Origin: Alphaproteobacteria bacterium
Lineage (GTDB): Bacteria; Pseudomonadota; Alphaproteobacteria; UBA828
Reading direction: 5' to 3'
Length of the DNA: 64,000 bases
NCBI GenBank assembly: GCA_965237415.1
Contig: CBDEFM010000002.1
Span: 2,336,001 to 2,400,000, forward strand
Both the position numbers and the translations under genes were made by a program. Shown one piece after another: positions 19,717 to 29,451 of the stretch; the stretch's first letter is position 1, and each line of letters begins with the position of its first letter. The notes under the pieces were generated by a model. It worked only from the letters and a program-made list of their open reading frames with translations. It did not search any database and had not been told where the DNA came from.

Positions 19717-20865
19717 ATGACCGTGGACGGACCGCTCAGCGGCGTCACCGTGATCGACCTGACGCGGGTTCTCGCCGGGCCCTACTGCACCCTGGTGCTC
19801 GCCGATCTCGGCGCCCGCGTGATCAAGGTGGAGACGCCGGGCGGCGGCGACGATTCCCGCACCTTTGGCCCTTTCATCGAGGGGAAGTCCGCCTACTTCA
19901 TGTCGATCAACCGCGGCAAGGAGAGCATCTCCCTCAACCTCAAGGAGGACGGCGACCGCACGGTCTTCGAGGACCTGCTGGCGGGCGCCGACGTGGCGGT
20001 CGAGAACTTCCGCGCCGGCACGATGGAGCGACTCGGCTACGGCTGGGAGGCGCTGCACGCGCGCTTCCCCCGGCTCATCTATGCGGCGTGCTCGGGCTTC
20101 GGCCACACCGGGCCCTACGCCGGTCGGCCGGCCTATGACGTGGTGGTGCAGGCCATGGGCGGCATCATGAGCCTGACCGGCCAGCCCGGCGGGCCGCCGG
20201 CGCGGGTGGGAAGCTCCGTCGGCGATATCGTCGCCGGCCTCTTCACCGCCATCGGCATCAACGGCGCGCTCTACCGGCGGACGACGACGGGCGAAGGCAT
20301 GAAGCTCGACGTCTCCATGCTCGATTGCCAGGTGGCGATCCTGGAGAACGCGCTCGCGCGCTACTTCGCGTCCGGCGAGGTGCCGGGGCCGCTCGGGACA
20401 CGCCATCCCTCGATAGCACCCTTCCAGGCCTACGCGACCGCCGACGGTCACGTCGTCATCTCCGCCGGCAACGACGCGCTCTTCGCGACGCTCTGTGCCG
20501 CGCTGGAGCGGCCGGACCTCGCCGAGGACGCGCGCTTCGCCGACAATGCCGCCCGCAACGCCAATATCGACGCGCTGGAGGCCGAGTTCGAGGCGATCCT
20601 GACGGCGCACCCGACGGCGCACTGGCTCACGGTGCTGGAAGAGGCCGGCGTGCCATGCTCGCCGATCAACAGGGTGGATGACGTGCTCGCCGACCCCCAG
20701 GTGGCGGCGCGCAACATGGTGATCCGGGCGCTGGACCCGGTCGCAGGCGAGGTGAAGATGGCAGGCAACCCAATCAAGCTCTCCGCCTATCCCGACCCGG
20801 CGGAACGGCCGCCCGCGCCGGAGCTCGACCAGCACCGGCGGGCGATCGTCGGCGGAGACGCATGA
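19717..20865 (+). CDS. class III CoA transferase (CaiB/BaiF)
   Basis: DLTRVLAGP, NRGKESI, ENFRAG, SVGDIVAG. Confidence 0.9.
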   Translation: MTVDGPLSGVTVIDLTRVLAGPYCTLVLADLGARVIKVETPGGGDDSRTFGPFIEGKSAYFMSINRGKESISLNLKEDGDRTVFEDLLAGADVAVENFRAGTMERLGYGWEALHARFPRLIYAACSGFGHTGPYAGRPAYDVVVQAMGGIMSLTGQPGGPPARVGSSVGDIVAGLFTAIGINGALYRRTTTGEGMKLDVSMLDCQVAILENALARYFASGEVPGPLGTRHPSIAPFQAYATADGHVVISAGNDALFATLCAALERPDLAEDARFADNAARNANIDALEAEFEAILTAHPTAHWLTVLEEAGVPCSPINRVDDVLADPQVAARNMVIRALDPVAGEVKMAGNPIKLSAYPDPAERPPAPELDQHRRAIVGGDA

Positions 20866-23297
20866 TGCGTGCCGCAGCTTCCGGCAGGGGAGGCTGGCGG
20901 CGGAGCTTCAGCCTCAGGCGACTGCGACCGTACTGCGCGGCGTTCGGCGCCGCGGCGCTGCTTGCGTTGCTGCTCGCCGCAGGCTCCTGCTCGTGGTTCG
21001 CCCTCCCCTCCTACGACGGGGCCGAGGAGGTCCTGGGCCTCGATGCGCCGGTGGAGATCGTCCGCGACGCGCACGCGATCCCCCACATCTACGCCCAGTC
21101 GCCGAGGGACGGCGCGTTTGCCATGGGCTATGTCCACGCGCAGGACCGGCTCTGGCAGCTGGAGATGCAGCGCAGGATCGGCCAGGCGCGGCTTGCGGAG
21201 GTCGTGGGCGAGCCCGCCGTTGGGACCGACAAGTTCCTGCGCACGCTCGGCATCTACCGTGTCGCCGAGCGGAATTTCGAGAGGCTCTCTCCGCAAGCGC
21301 AGGCGATCTACGAGGCCTATGCGGCGGGTGTGAACGCCTATCTGGAGTCCCGCTCCGAGCTGCTGCCGCTCGAGTTCCAGCTGCTCGGCCATGAGCCCGA
21401 GCCCTGGCGGCCCGCCGACAGCCTCGTTTGGCTCAAGATGATGGCCTGGGACCTCGGCGACAATTTTAAGGACGAGCTGCTGCGCGCGCGCCTCGCCGGC
21501 AAGCTCGACCGGGCGCAGCTGCAGGACCTCTGGGCCCAGCATCCCGACGACCCCCCCATGGGGCCGCACGGGCAAGCGCCGGACTTCGACCCCGCCGGCA
21601 TCGACTTCGATGCGCTGGCGGCCGCCCTGCCGCTGCAGCGTGCGTCCGGGCTCGGCTCCAACGCCTGGGCGCTGAGCGGCGAACACACGGAATCCGGCAA
21701 GCCGCTGCTCGCCAACGACCCGCACCTGCGCCTCGAGGTGCCGAGCGTCTGGTACCTCGCCCATATCTCGACGCCGGAGTTCGAGGTCGTGGGCGCGACG
21801 CTGCCGGGGATGCCCTTCCCTTTGCTGGGCCGCACCCGCAACCTCGCCTGGGGCTTCACCAACACCGGGCCCGACGTCCAGGACCTCTTCATCGAGCGCA
21901 TCGACCCCGAAGACCCCGCGCGCTACCTCGCGCCGGAAGGGAGCCTGCCCTTCGAGGTCCGCAGCGAGACCATCGAGGTCAGCGGGGGCGATCCCATCGA
22001 GCTTACGGTGCGCGAGACGCGTCACGGGCCGGTGGTCTCCGACGTGCTGGAGAAGAGCGGGGAGTTCCTGGAGGCCGGCCACGTGCTCGCCTTCTCGTGG
22101 ACCGCTTTGGATGACGACGACGTGAGCGCCCAGGCGCTGGTGCAGGGCGTCACGGCCGCGGACTGGCAGGGCTTCGTTGAGGCGCTTCGCGACTTAAGCG
22201 TGCCGCAGCAGACCATCGTCTTCGCCGACAGCGACGGCACCATCGGCTTCGTGGCGCCGGGCCGGGTGCCGATCCGCGCGTCGGGCCAGGGGCACCTGCC
22301 CGCACCGGGCTGGACCGGCAGCCACGACTGGGTGGACCGCGTGCCCTTCGACGCGCTGCCGGGGGACTACAACCCGCCGTCGGGCCGCATCGTCACCGCC
22401 AACAACCGCGTGGTCGCCCACGACTATCCCTACTATCTGACCGACGACTGGACTCCGCCCTACCGCGCGCAGCGGATCGACGCCCTGCTCGACGCCAAGC
22501 CCAAGCACGATGTGGCGAGTTTTTCCGCGATCCAGCAGGACCAGGTCTCGCTCGCGGCGGCGCGGCTTATGCCGGTGCTCCTCGGGTTGGCGGAGCCCTC
22601 GAACGACACCGGGCGCACGGCGCTCGCCATGCTCGGCGAGTGGGACCACACCATGGGGCGGGACAGCACCGAGGCGCTCATCTACATGGCGTGGCTCAGG
22701 GAGCTGATGCACGTGCTCTTCGCCGACGAGCTGGGCGACGTGTTCGAGGACTACTGGAAGATCCGCACCGAGGTCATCCACCGCGCGCTCACCGAGCGCA
22801 CCCAATGGTGCGACAATGAGACGACCGTGCAGCAGGAGACCTGCGCCGAGGCCGTGAGCCGGGCGCTCAAGGTCTCGCTCGAATACCTCGCCGTCACCTA
22901 CGGCCACGACATGGAGGACTGGCGCTGGGGCGAGGCCCACGCGGTCCACATGAAGAGCCGGATCCTCGGCGAGTTTCCGGCCATCGGCTCCTGGTTCGAG
23001 ATCGACATGCCGACGGGCGGGGAGAAGGAGACGGTGAAGGCCGGTGGGTTCGACGTAGCCGACACGACGCGCCCCTTCGCCCAGAACCACGGCGCCGGCT
23101 ACCGCGCGGTCTACGACTTGGCCGAACCGGAACGCTCGGTCTTCGTCATCAGCACCGGGCAATCCGGCAACCCGCTCTCGTCCTACTACGAGGACTACGC
23201 CGAGCCCTGGCGCGACGGCCGCTACCTCCCCATGCTCACCGAGCGTTCGCGAGCGGAGGAGGACGCGCTGGGGACGCTGGTGTTGACGCCGAGGTGA
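20862..23297 (+). CDS. penicillin acylase family (S45 Ntn-hydrolase), exported
   Basis: HAQDRLWQ, GSNAW nucleophile, LANDPHL, TANN, GQSGNP. Confidence 0.9.
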   Translation: MMRAAASGRGGWRRSFSLRRLRPYCAAFGAAALLALLLAAGSCSWFALPSYDGAEEVLGLDAPVEIVRDAHAIPHIYAQSPRDGAFAMGYVHAQDRLWQLEMQRRIGQARLAEVVGEPAVGTDKFLRTLGIYRVAERNFERLSPQAQAIYEAYAAGVNAYLESRSELLPLEFQLLGHEPEPWRPADSLVWLKMMAWDLGDNFKDELLRARLAGKLDRAQLQDLWAQHPDDPPMGPHGQAPDFDPAGIDFDALAAALPLQRASGLGSNAWALSGEHTESGKPLLANDPHLRLEVPSVWYLAHISTPEFEVVGATLPGMPFPLLGRTRNLAWGFTNTGPDVQDLFIERIDPEDPARYLAPEGSLPFEVRSETIEVSGGDPIELTVRETRHGPVVSDVLEKSGEFLEAGHVLAFSWTALDDDDVSAQALVQGVTAADWQGFVEALRDLSVPQQTIVFADSDGTIGFVAPGRVPIRASGQGHLPAPGWTGSHDWVDRVPFDALPGDYNPPSGRIVTANNRVVAHDYPYYLTDDWTPPYRAQRIDALLDAKPKHDVASFSAIQQDQVSLAAARLMPVLLGLAEPSNDTGRTALAMLGEWDHTMGRDSTEALIYMAWLRELMHVLFADELGDVFEDYWKIRTEVIHRALTERTQWCDNETTVQQETCAEAVSRALKVSLEYLAVTYGHDMEDWRWGEAHAVHMKSRILGEFPAIGSWFEIDMPTGGEKETVKAGGFDVADTTRPFAQNHGAGYRAVYDLAEPERSVFVISTGQSGNPLSSYYEDYAEPWRDGRYLPMLTERSRAEEDALGTLVLTPR

Positions 23298-23361
23298 GGG
23301 GTGTGCTGCGCAGGTTCTTGCCCATGGTCGTGCATTCTCGCACTATGGACCGCAAGAATAC

Positions 23362-23401
23362 TTGATTGCGGCGGAGAGGGTGACTAGAACATTCTAGGTA
23401 C
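23362..23401 (+). promoter_or_regulatory. sigma70-type promoter with overlapping alpha-type LexA box
   Basis: TTGATT-N17-TAGAAC; GAAC-attctag-GTAC at 23387-23401. Confidence 0.65.
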
Positions 23402-23433
23402 ATTGGAATCTTCAGAGGAGGGGAGGAGACGAG

Positions 23434-23637
23434 ATGGCAGAGCGAAAGGCAGCCCTCGAGCGCGCACCGGAGCGACCCCGGCTGCGGACACTCCTTGATG
23501 ACGCGAAGACAGTCACGGTGACGGACGCTGAGTTGCGGGCACAGCGTGCGAGCTTCGTATACGGTAATGCACCAAAGGGGTCCCGTATCACAAAGGACTC
23601 TGCCACCAAGTCGGTTGATCGGATTCGCGTTCGGTAG
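23434..23637 (+). CDS. small putative antitoxin upstream of Fic
   Basis: Strong RBS GGAGGAG; QRASFVYGN..RIT motif; position directly before Fic. Confidence 0.6.
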   Translation: MAERKAALERAPERPRLRTLLDDAKTVTVTDAELRAQRASFVYGNAPKGSRITKDSATKSVDRIRVR

Positions 23638-23685
23638 GAGTGGGCATGACGTACAATGCCTTGGTAACGGTCAGGTATTTTCTAA

Positions 23686-24285
23686 ATGTTTATATTGGAA
23701 AAAGAAAACCCCGAACTGTATGATAGAGTTCAAGAGCAAAACCTTAACCGACAATACGAGCTCCTCACGAATTGCGTCGAAATTGGACTTATGAAGGGCC
23801 CGGTCTCTTTCGACAAGTATCTTCTTTGGGCGCTAAATCATGCAGCAGTAGCAAATATTTCTCAGTTTGGAGGACGATTTCGTAAGGAGCCGATTTATGT
23901 TGGAAATCACAAACCTCCACACTTCAATGATGTTTCGGACTGGATGGACCGATGTATTTCCACCATTCAAGAGAATTGGTACATATGGACTGAAACTCAG
24001 CTGGCAGCATATGGACTTTGGCGATTAAACTGGATACACCCTTTCATAGAGGGCAACGGGAGAACTGCTCGTGCCGCATGCTACTTCCTTTTGTGCGTGA
24101 GGTCGGGCTGTCTGCTGCCGGGAACCAAAATTGTTCCAGAGAGGATAAGGGAGAGCAGGGAATCATATGAGGCAGCACTAACCGCTGCTGATCGAGCTTG
24201 GGATGACGGGCATCTCGATTTTAGGGAAATGGAGGAATATCTCGCTAATTTGCTCCAGGAACAGCTTGAGGAAGCTCTGAGTTAA
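23686..24285 (+). CDS. Fic/DOC family protein
   Basis: Canonical HPFIEGNGRTAR motif; low GC. Confidence 0.9.
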   Translation: MFILEKENPELYDRVQEQNLNRQYELLTNCVEIGLMKGPVSFDKYLLWALNHAAVANISQFGGRFRKEPIYVGNHKPPHFNDVSDWMDRCISTIQENWYIWTETQLAAYGLWRLNWIHPFIEGNGRTARAACYFLLCVRSGCLLPGTKIVPERIRESRESYEAALTAADRAWDDGHLDFREMEEYLANLLQEQLEEALS

Positions 24286-24781
24286 ACTAGAGCATGATTC
24301 CGTCAAGATCAAATGAAAAGAACTTCCATGATCTCGAACCTGTAGTTCCAAATTTCTTTACGAGCACATTGACTGCCTGTTGCTTGCATTGGTTCCCTTG
24401 CATTCACCAATGTTCGACGCGAACGCGCGTTTTCCGGAAGTGCAGGACACGCAACAGGTGAGACGAAGGCGTTGCTCACGCACCGGTGAGCTTTTTACGT
24501 GTGCAGATAAGGTCATCGCCTGACAGTTGCCGTTCCCGGCGGAAAGCCGCGCTTATTCGCTCTCGCCGATAGACAGAGGCTCGTCGTTGATGTCTTAGCC
24601 AGGGGCACGCAGGCGGCGAGGGCGGGGGGATACCTCATTGCAAACGTCGCGTAGGTTGTCGGACGCGCCGTCCGGGCCTGCGGCCCGGTAGGGCGGAGAG
24701 GGGACGCAGGCGGGACCGGCCTTGCCTTCCTCTGAAACCGCGAGGCGGAGGGGGACGAAGGCGGCGACGGCGAGGGTCTCT

Positions 24782-24821
24782 CCCTCTCCTCCCCCACGGG
24801 GAGGAGAGGGCCGGGGTGAGG
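24782..24821. repeat. BoxC-like palindromic element
   Basis: CCCTCTCCTCCCC-CAC-GGGGAGGAGAGGG perfect 13-bp stem followed by CCGGGGTGAGG. Confidence 0.7.
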
Positions 24822-24944
24822 TGGGCGCGCTTCATCAAATCCTTCAGGCGCCGGGCGCTTGCGCCGTTCGGGCCTCTTCGCAGCCCCGCTCACGTCATGG
24901 CTGACTCCTCGTCGACTCCAACGGGCGACGCGGACGTGCAAGAC

Positions 24945-25285
24945 GCTACCTACCGCGCGCACGACCTTTCAGGCCCGCGCGACCCGGACCATGGTGCGGT
25001 GCACGGTGCGCGGCGCATGCGTCAACATCGCGTCATGTAGCGCGACAGCAAGCAGGTCACGGCACGCGGAGGCATGATGGGCAGGCGTGCAAGACCCTAT
25101 CTACCGCACGCGCGGCCCATTCTTCCACGCCTGCAAGTGAGACAATATGCCACGCGCTCGACCCTATGTGACGCGCGCGCGACCCCATCTACCGGGCGCA
25201 CGACCTTTCGGGCGTGCACGACTTTGCCACGCGGAATCCCACTTATCCCACTTAATCCCACTTAATCCCGGCGAATCCCGCATAG
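24945..25285 (+). repeat. dispersed non-coding repeat, copy A (GCGCGCGACCC units plus AATCCCACTT boxes)
   Basis: Shares multiple blocks with the reverse complement of 43275..43660; boundaries approximate. Confidence 0.8.
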
Positions 25286-25346
25286 GAAATGTGTTGCCCC
25301 AGGCGGGATGGCGGAACCGGACCGCGACCGTGGCGAGAAATGCGGG

Positions 25347-26117
25347 TTAGCGATCTTCGCGCCGTCGGCGCTTGAGCCGCTCTGCGCCGGCGCGGAGGCG
25401 GGCCTGCGCGTCTGTGCCATGCCAGATTTCCACCTGGCGGGCGATGCGGGAGGGCATCTGCTCTCTCAGGTCGGCACAGAATTTGCCGAGCCGCATGCGC
25501 TTCGATTCCTGGAACGCATCCGGCGCGAGGTCGCGCAGGAACAGCAGACGCTGCCACGCCATCTGCTCGATCTCCGCCTTCGGCCCGGTCTCGTGGACGA
25601 GGTTGAGGGCGCGGCCCTCCTCGGCGCGGACAAGCTTGCCGGTGTAGATCATGTCGGAAGCGACGAAGTCTCCGGCGACGAAGCGCAGAAGCCGATCGCC
25701 GTAATAGGGGTTGGGCACGCCGAGCAGGACTTCCGGCTTGCCGATCAGCACGCGGCCGGTGGCGGCGTAGCGATAGTCGCAGGCCAGGTAGATGGCCATG
25801 GCGCCGCCGATGGCGTGGCCCTTGATGGCGCCGACGATGGGCAAGGGCGATTCCAGCATGCCGAGGATGAGGCCCGCCAGCGCGTGAAACATCTCCTCGA
25901 TCTCGGCGCGCGACTGTGTGAGCGCCCAGTCGAGGTCCACGCCGTTGGAGAAGAATCGATCGCCGCCGCAGAGCATCGCGCCGCGCGCATCGCGGTTGGC
26001 CTCCGCGACCGCCTGGGCCAAGTCCTGGATGACCGCCGTCGTCAGCGCGTTGGTGGTGCCGCTGCTGAGGCGGATGCGGCGGCAACCGTCCTCGTGCTCG
26101 CTCACGATGTTGGCCAA
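25347..26117 (-). CDS. enoyl-CoA hydratase/isomerase family protein
   Basis: FFSNGVDL, GHAIGGA, ACDYR, GKPEVLLG; TTG start with GGGAGG RBS. Confidence 0.85.
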   Translation of the reverse strand: MANIVSEHEDGCRRIRLSSGTTNALTTAVIQDLAQAVAEANRDARGAMLCGGDRFFSNGVDLDWALTQSRAEIEEMFHALAGLILGMLESPLPIVGAIKGHAIGGAMAIYLACDYRYAATGRVLIGKPEVLLGVPNPYYGDRLLRFVAGDFVASDMIYTGKLVRAEEGRALNLVHETGPKAEIEQMAWQRLLFLRDLAPDAFQESKRMRLGKFCADLREQMPSRIARQVEIWHGTDAQARLRAGAERLKRRRREDR

Positions 26118-26144
26118 GACTCCCTCCCTCGTTCGGTGGGCCGC

Positions 26145-26558
26145 TCAACCCTGGCGCGGGCGGAAGCGCGGCAGCGTGAGCGCCTCCGTCACGCGGTCGA
26201 ACACGACCTCGACGGGAAGCCCGACGCGAAGCGCATCCGCCGGGCACTCGACGATGTTCGCGGTCAACCGCACGCCTTCCGCAAGCTCGATCTGCGCCAC
26301 GGCATAGGGAATATCGGCCTTGAATGCGGGGAACCAGTCCTTGTGGACCACGGTCCAGGTGGAGACCGTGCCGTGACCCTTCGCCTCCTCCCAGCCGATC
26401 CGATCGGAGAAGCAGGCCGGGCAGACCGGACCGGGCGGCCAGTGCCAGGCCCGGCAGTCCCCGCAGCGGGGCAGGCGGAGCGCGCCCTCGTGCGCGCTCT
26501 CCCAGAAGCGCGCGTTGTCCGGGTTGATGCGAGGTGTGGGTTTCTCGTATCCGCTCAT
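26145..26558 (-). CDS. Zn-ribbon/OB-fold (DUF35, ChsH2-C-like) protein
   Basis: FW..LRLPRCGDC..PPGPVCPAC, GTVSTWT, LAEGVRL. Confidence 0.9.
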   Translation of the reverse strand: MSGYEKPTPRINPDNARFWESAHEGALRLPRCGDCRAWHWPPGPVCPACFSDRIGWEEAKGHGTVSTWTVVHKDWFPAFKADIPYAVAQIELAEGVRLTANIVECPADALRVGLPVEVVFDRVTEALTLPRFRPRQG

Positions 26559-26575
26559 CAGCTGCGTCCGGCCCC

Positions 26576-27754
26576 TCAGTTCCGCAGGATGACGGAATCG
26601 CCCCAGGCCGTCGCCCATTGCAGCGCGCGTGCCCCGGCGATCTGGCGCGGCCCGGCCTCGCCCCGCAGCTGGCGCACCATCTCGCAGAGCGAGTTCCAGC
26701 CGGCGACGTGGGCTTCGGAGAGCAGGCCGCCGGAGGTGTTGACCGGCAGCGCGCCGCCGGGGCCGATGCGACCATCCTGCACCCAGGCCGCAGCCTCCCC
26801 CGGCGCGCAGAAGCCGAAGCGCTCCAGCACGAACAGCACCAGCGGCGAGAAGGCGTCGTAGGTATAGAGGCCCTGGATCGCATCGCGCGGGATATCGGCC
26901 GAGCGGTAGACGGCAAGGTCGCGCTCGGCCGGGCGGCCCGGTCGAGCCGCGCTCTGCTGATTGATGCCGAGGCCCGGCGGGGCGAAGATGAACTCGTTGC
27001 GGCCCGCCTTCATGCCCTGCATCCCGGCGATGAGGACGGGGCGTTGCCTGAGGCCGCACGCGCGCTCGGCCGCCGTCACCAGCACCACGGCCGCCCCGTC
27101 GCTGACGATGCAGCAGTCGAAGAGCCTGAGCGGGTCCACGACCATGCGGGAAGCCTGATGGTCGGCCACGCTCATGGGCTTTTGCATCGCAGCGTTCGGG
27201 TTGAGCCTCGCATGGGCGCGGAGTGCCACCGGCACCGCGGCAAGCTCGGCGCTGGTCGTGTCGTAGAGCGCCATGTAGCGCTGCATGGCGAGCGCGGCGC
27301 CGCCCGCAGGCGCGGTCAGCCCGTAATGCGGCGTCTCCGCATGGGTGCCGCCGGTCTCGCGGTAGCCTTCGAAGTCGTGCGGCCCGCCGAGGATGTCGCG
27401 CTCCCGCGTGAAGCTCAGCACGTTCACGCAGGCGACGACGTCGGCCATGCCGGTGGCCACCGCCATCGCCGCCATCTGCAGGCTGCCGGTGACGAAGCGG
27501 CCGTGGGTCCAGGCCTGGTTGACGAAGCCGATCTCCAGGCCGAACGCCTGGGCGACCTGGTCGTAGTCGACGCCGAGAGGCCAGCCGATATGGATGGAAA
27601 GGCCGTCGATATCGCCTCGCTCGAGCCCTGCGTCTTCGAGCGCCGCCTTGAACGCGGCGGCGGCAAGCGCAAGCTGGCTCTCGGGCAGGTGACGGCCGAA
27701 CCGACTGGTACCGACGCCGACGATCGCCGCCTTGTCGCGCAGCGCCAGGGACAT
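26576..27754 (-). CDS. thiolase-like (SCP-x/Ltp2-type) protein
   Basis: AIVGVG, LFDCCIVSDG, YDAFS, NTSGGLLSEAH; no Cys at the thiolase nucleophile position. Confidence 0.85.
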   Translation of the reverse strand: MSLALRDKAAIVGVGTSRFGRHLPESQLALAAAAFKAALEDAGLERGDIDGLSIHIGWPLGVDYDQVAQAFGLEIGFVNQAWTHGRFVTGSLQMAAMAVATGMADVVACVNVLSFTRERDILGGPHDFEGYRETGGTHAETPHYGLTAPAGGAALAMQRYMALYDTTSAELAAVPVALRAHARLNPNAAMQKPMSVADHQASRMVVDPLRLFDCCIVSDGAAVVLVTAAERACGLRQRPVLIAGMQGMKAGRNEFIFAPPGLGINQQSAARPGRPAERDLAVYRSADIPRDAIQGLYTYDAFSPLVLFVLERFGFCAPGEAAAWVQDGRIGPGGALPVNTSGGLLSEAHVAGWNSLCEMVRQLRGEAGPRQIAGARALQWATAWGDSVILRN

Positions 27755-29340
27755 CAGGCCTCGTCCGCTGCGAAGAATTCCGCGAGGCGGGCCTTCTGCA
27801 GCTTGCCGGTGTTGGTGAGCGGCAGGGCGCCGGCGGCGGCGAAGCGGAACTCGCGCGGCACCTTGTAGGCGGCCAGGTGTTCAGCGCAATGGGCGGTAAG
27901 AGCCTCGGCCGTAGGCGCGGCACCGTCGCGCGGCACGATGACGGCGGCGACCCGCTGGTCGCGCTCCGGGTCCGGCAGGCCGATCACATAGGCGAGCTCG
28001 ACCTCGGGCACCTCGGTCAGCACCGCCTCGACCTCCGCCGGCGAGACGTTGATGCCGCCGGTCTTGATCATCTCCTTCAGGCGCCCGCGGAAATGCAGAA
28101 AGCCGTCTTCGTCCAGCAGCCCGAGGTCGCCGGTGCGGAACCAGCCCTCGTGAAAGCTTTGCTCATCGAGCGCCGGGTCCTTGTAGTAGCCGCAGGTGAC
28201 GTAGCCCCGGACCAGAATCTCTCCGACCGAGCAAGCCGGCAGCGTCGCGAAGCTTTCGGGGTCGGCAATGACGATCTCCGTGCCCGGCAGCGTCCGGCCG
28301 ACCGTGTTGAGCCGCTTCTCCAGCGGGTCGTCCACGTCGGTGACGTTGGAATTGCCGTAGGTCTCCGTCAGCCCGTAGATGTTGCAGATCTCGCTCACGC
28401 CGAGGTCGATCAGGCGCTTGATCTGCTCGGGCGAGCCCAGCGTCGCCCCGGTGCGCAGCGAGGAAATGTCGCGCGCCGGCCGCTCGGGATGGCGCTCCAG
28501 CGCATGCACCATATTGGGTGTGCCGTAGAAGACCGTGCAACGCTCGGCCTCGATCAGACGCAGCGCGCGGCCTGCGTCGAAATGCTCCTGGAGCACCACG
28601 CAGCCCGCGTGGGTCATGACCGCGAAGAGTGCGTTCTCACAGCCGAGGCCCCAGAAGAGCGAGACCGCGAGCCAGAGCCTGTCGCCGGGGCGCAGATGCT
28701 GGCGCTCGCCGATGTTCCACATGTTCTCGATCAGGGCGTAGTGCTGGAGCTGGACGCCCTTGGGCAGCGCCGTCGTGCCCGAGGTGTAGAGCAGGTAGGC
28801 CACGTCCTCGCCGCGCACGGCGGCCTGGGCCTCTTCGATCACTGCGTCGTCGACGGTCTCCGCCAAATCCCACAGCGTCTCGAAGCGCCGCGCCGGGTGA
28901 TCGGCCGGGCCGCCGAGGCGGACAATCTCCTCGATGCGGGCGAGGGCATCGCCTTCGCGGCCGAGCGCGTCGAGGGTCTCCAGATAGTCGTACTTGAGGA
29001 AGCGATCGACCGTGATGAGGAACCTGGTGTCCGAGTGTCGGAGCACATGGGCGAGCTCGCGCGCCGTCGCCCAGGTGTTGATGGCGACCATGGTGCCGCC
29101 GAGGAGCACGATCGCGAAATCGGCGAGAATCCACTCGGGCCGGTTGCCCATGAGGAGGCCGACCTTGTCGCCCCGGCGCACGCCCAGCGCGTGGAGGCCC
29201 TTGGCGAGCCGGCGCACCGCGTCGCGCAGTTCGCGATAGCTGAGCCGCGTCTCGCCGCCGACCAACGCCTCGTGGTCGGGGTATCGATTCGCCAGCTCGT
29301 CGAGCAGGTCCGGAATGGTCTTCGCGTCGGGCGGCCGCAT
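27754..29340 (-). CDS. acyl-CoA synthetase (AMP-binding)
   Basis: YTSGTTALPKG, YGLTE, TGDLG, GRLKEMIKTGG, TGKLQK. Confidence 0.9.
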   Translation of the reverse strand: MRPPDAKTIPDLLDELANRYPDHEALVGGETRLSYRELRDAVRRLAKGLHALGVRRGDKVGLLMGNRPEWILADFAIVLLGGTMVAINTWATARELAHVLRHSDTRFLITVDRFLKYDYLETLDALGREGDALARIEEIVRLGGPADHPARRFETLWDLAETVDDAVIEEAQAAVRGEDVAYLLYTSGTTALPKGVQLQHYALIENMWNIGERQHLRPGDRLWLAVSLFWGLGCENALFAVMTHAGCVVLQEHFDAGRALRLIEAERCTVFYGTPNMVHALERHPERPARDISSLRTGATLGSPEQIKRLIDLGVSEICNIYGLTETYGNSNVTDVDDPLEKRLNTVGRTLPGTEIVIADPESFATLPACSVGEILVRGYVTCGYYKDPALDEQSFHEGWFRTGDLGLLDEDGFLHFRGRLKEMIKTGGINVSPAEVEAVLTEVPEVELAYVIGLPDPERDQRVAAVIVPRDGAAPTAEALTAHCAEHLAAYKVPREFRFAAAGALPLTNTGKLQKARLAEFFAADEA

Positions 29341-29451
29341 GTCGTTGACTTCGCCACGGGGATCGGTCGCCAGAGAGTAGTCCGGGCGGCAGTCCGGGTG
29401 AACCTTCGCGGCCCCGGCGGGGCCTGGGTCGAAGGCGTCTGCCCGCTGCAC

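Noticed and set aside
23298-24500. Integron cassette array
   Set aside because: No integrase and no clear RYYYAAC..GTTRRRY attC ends around the hairpins
25074-25350. Short ORFs ending IPLIPLNPT in the repeat element
   Set aside because: Frames and starts are not conserved between copies A and B; treated as non-coding
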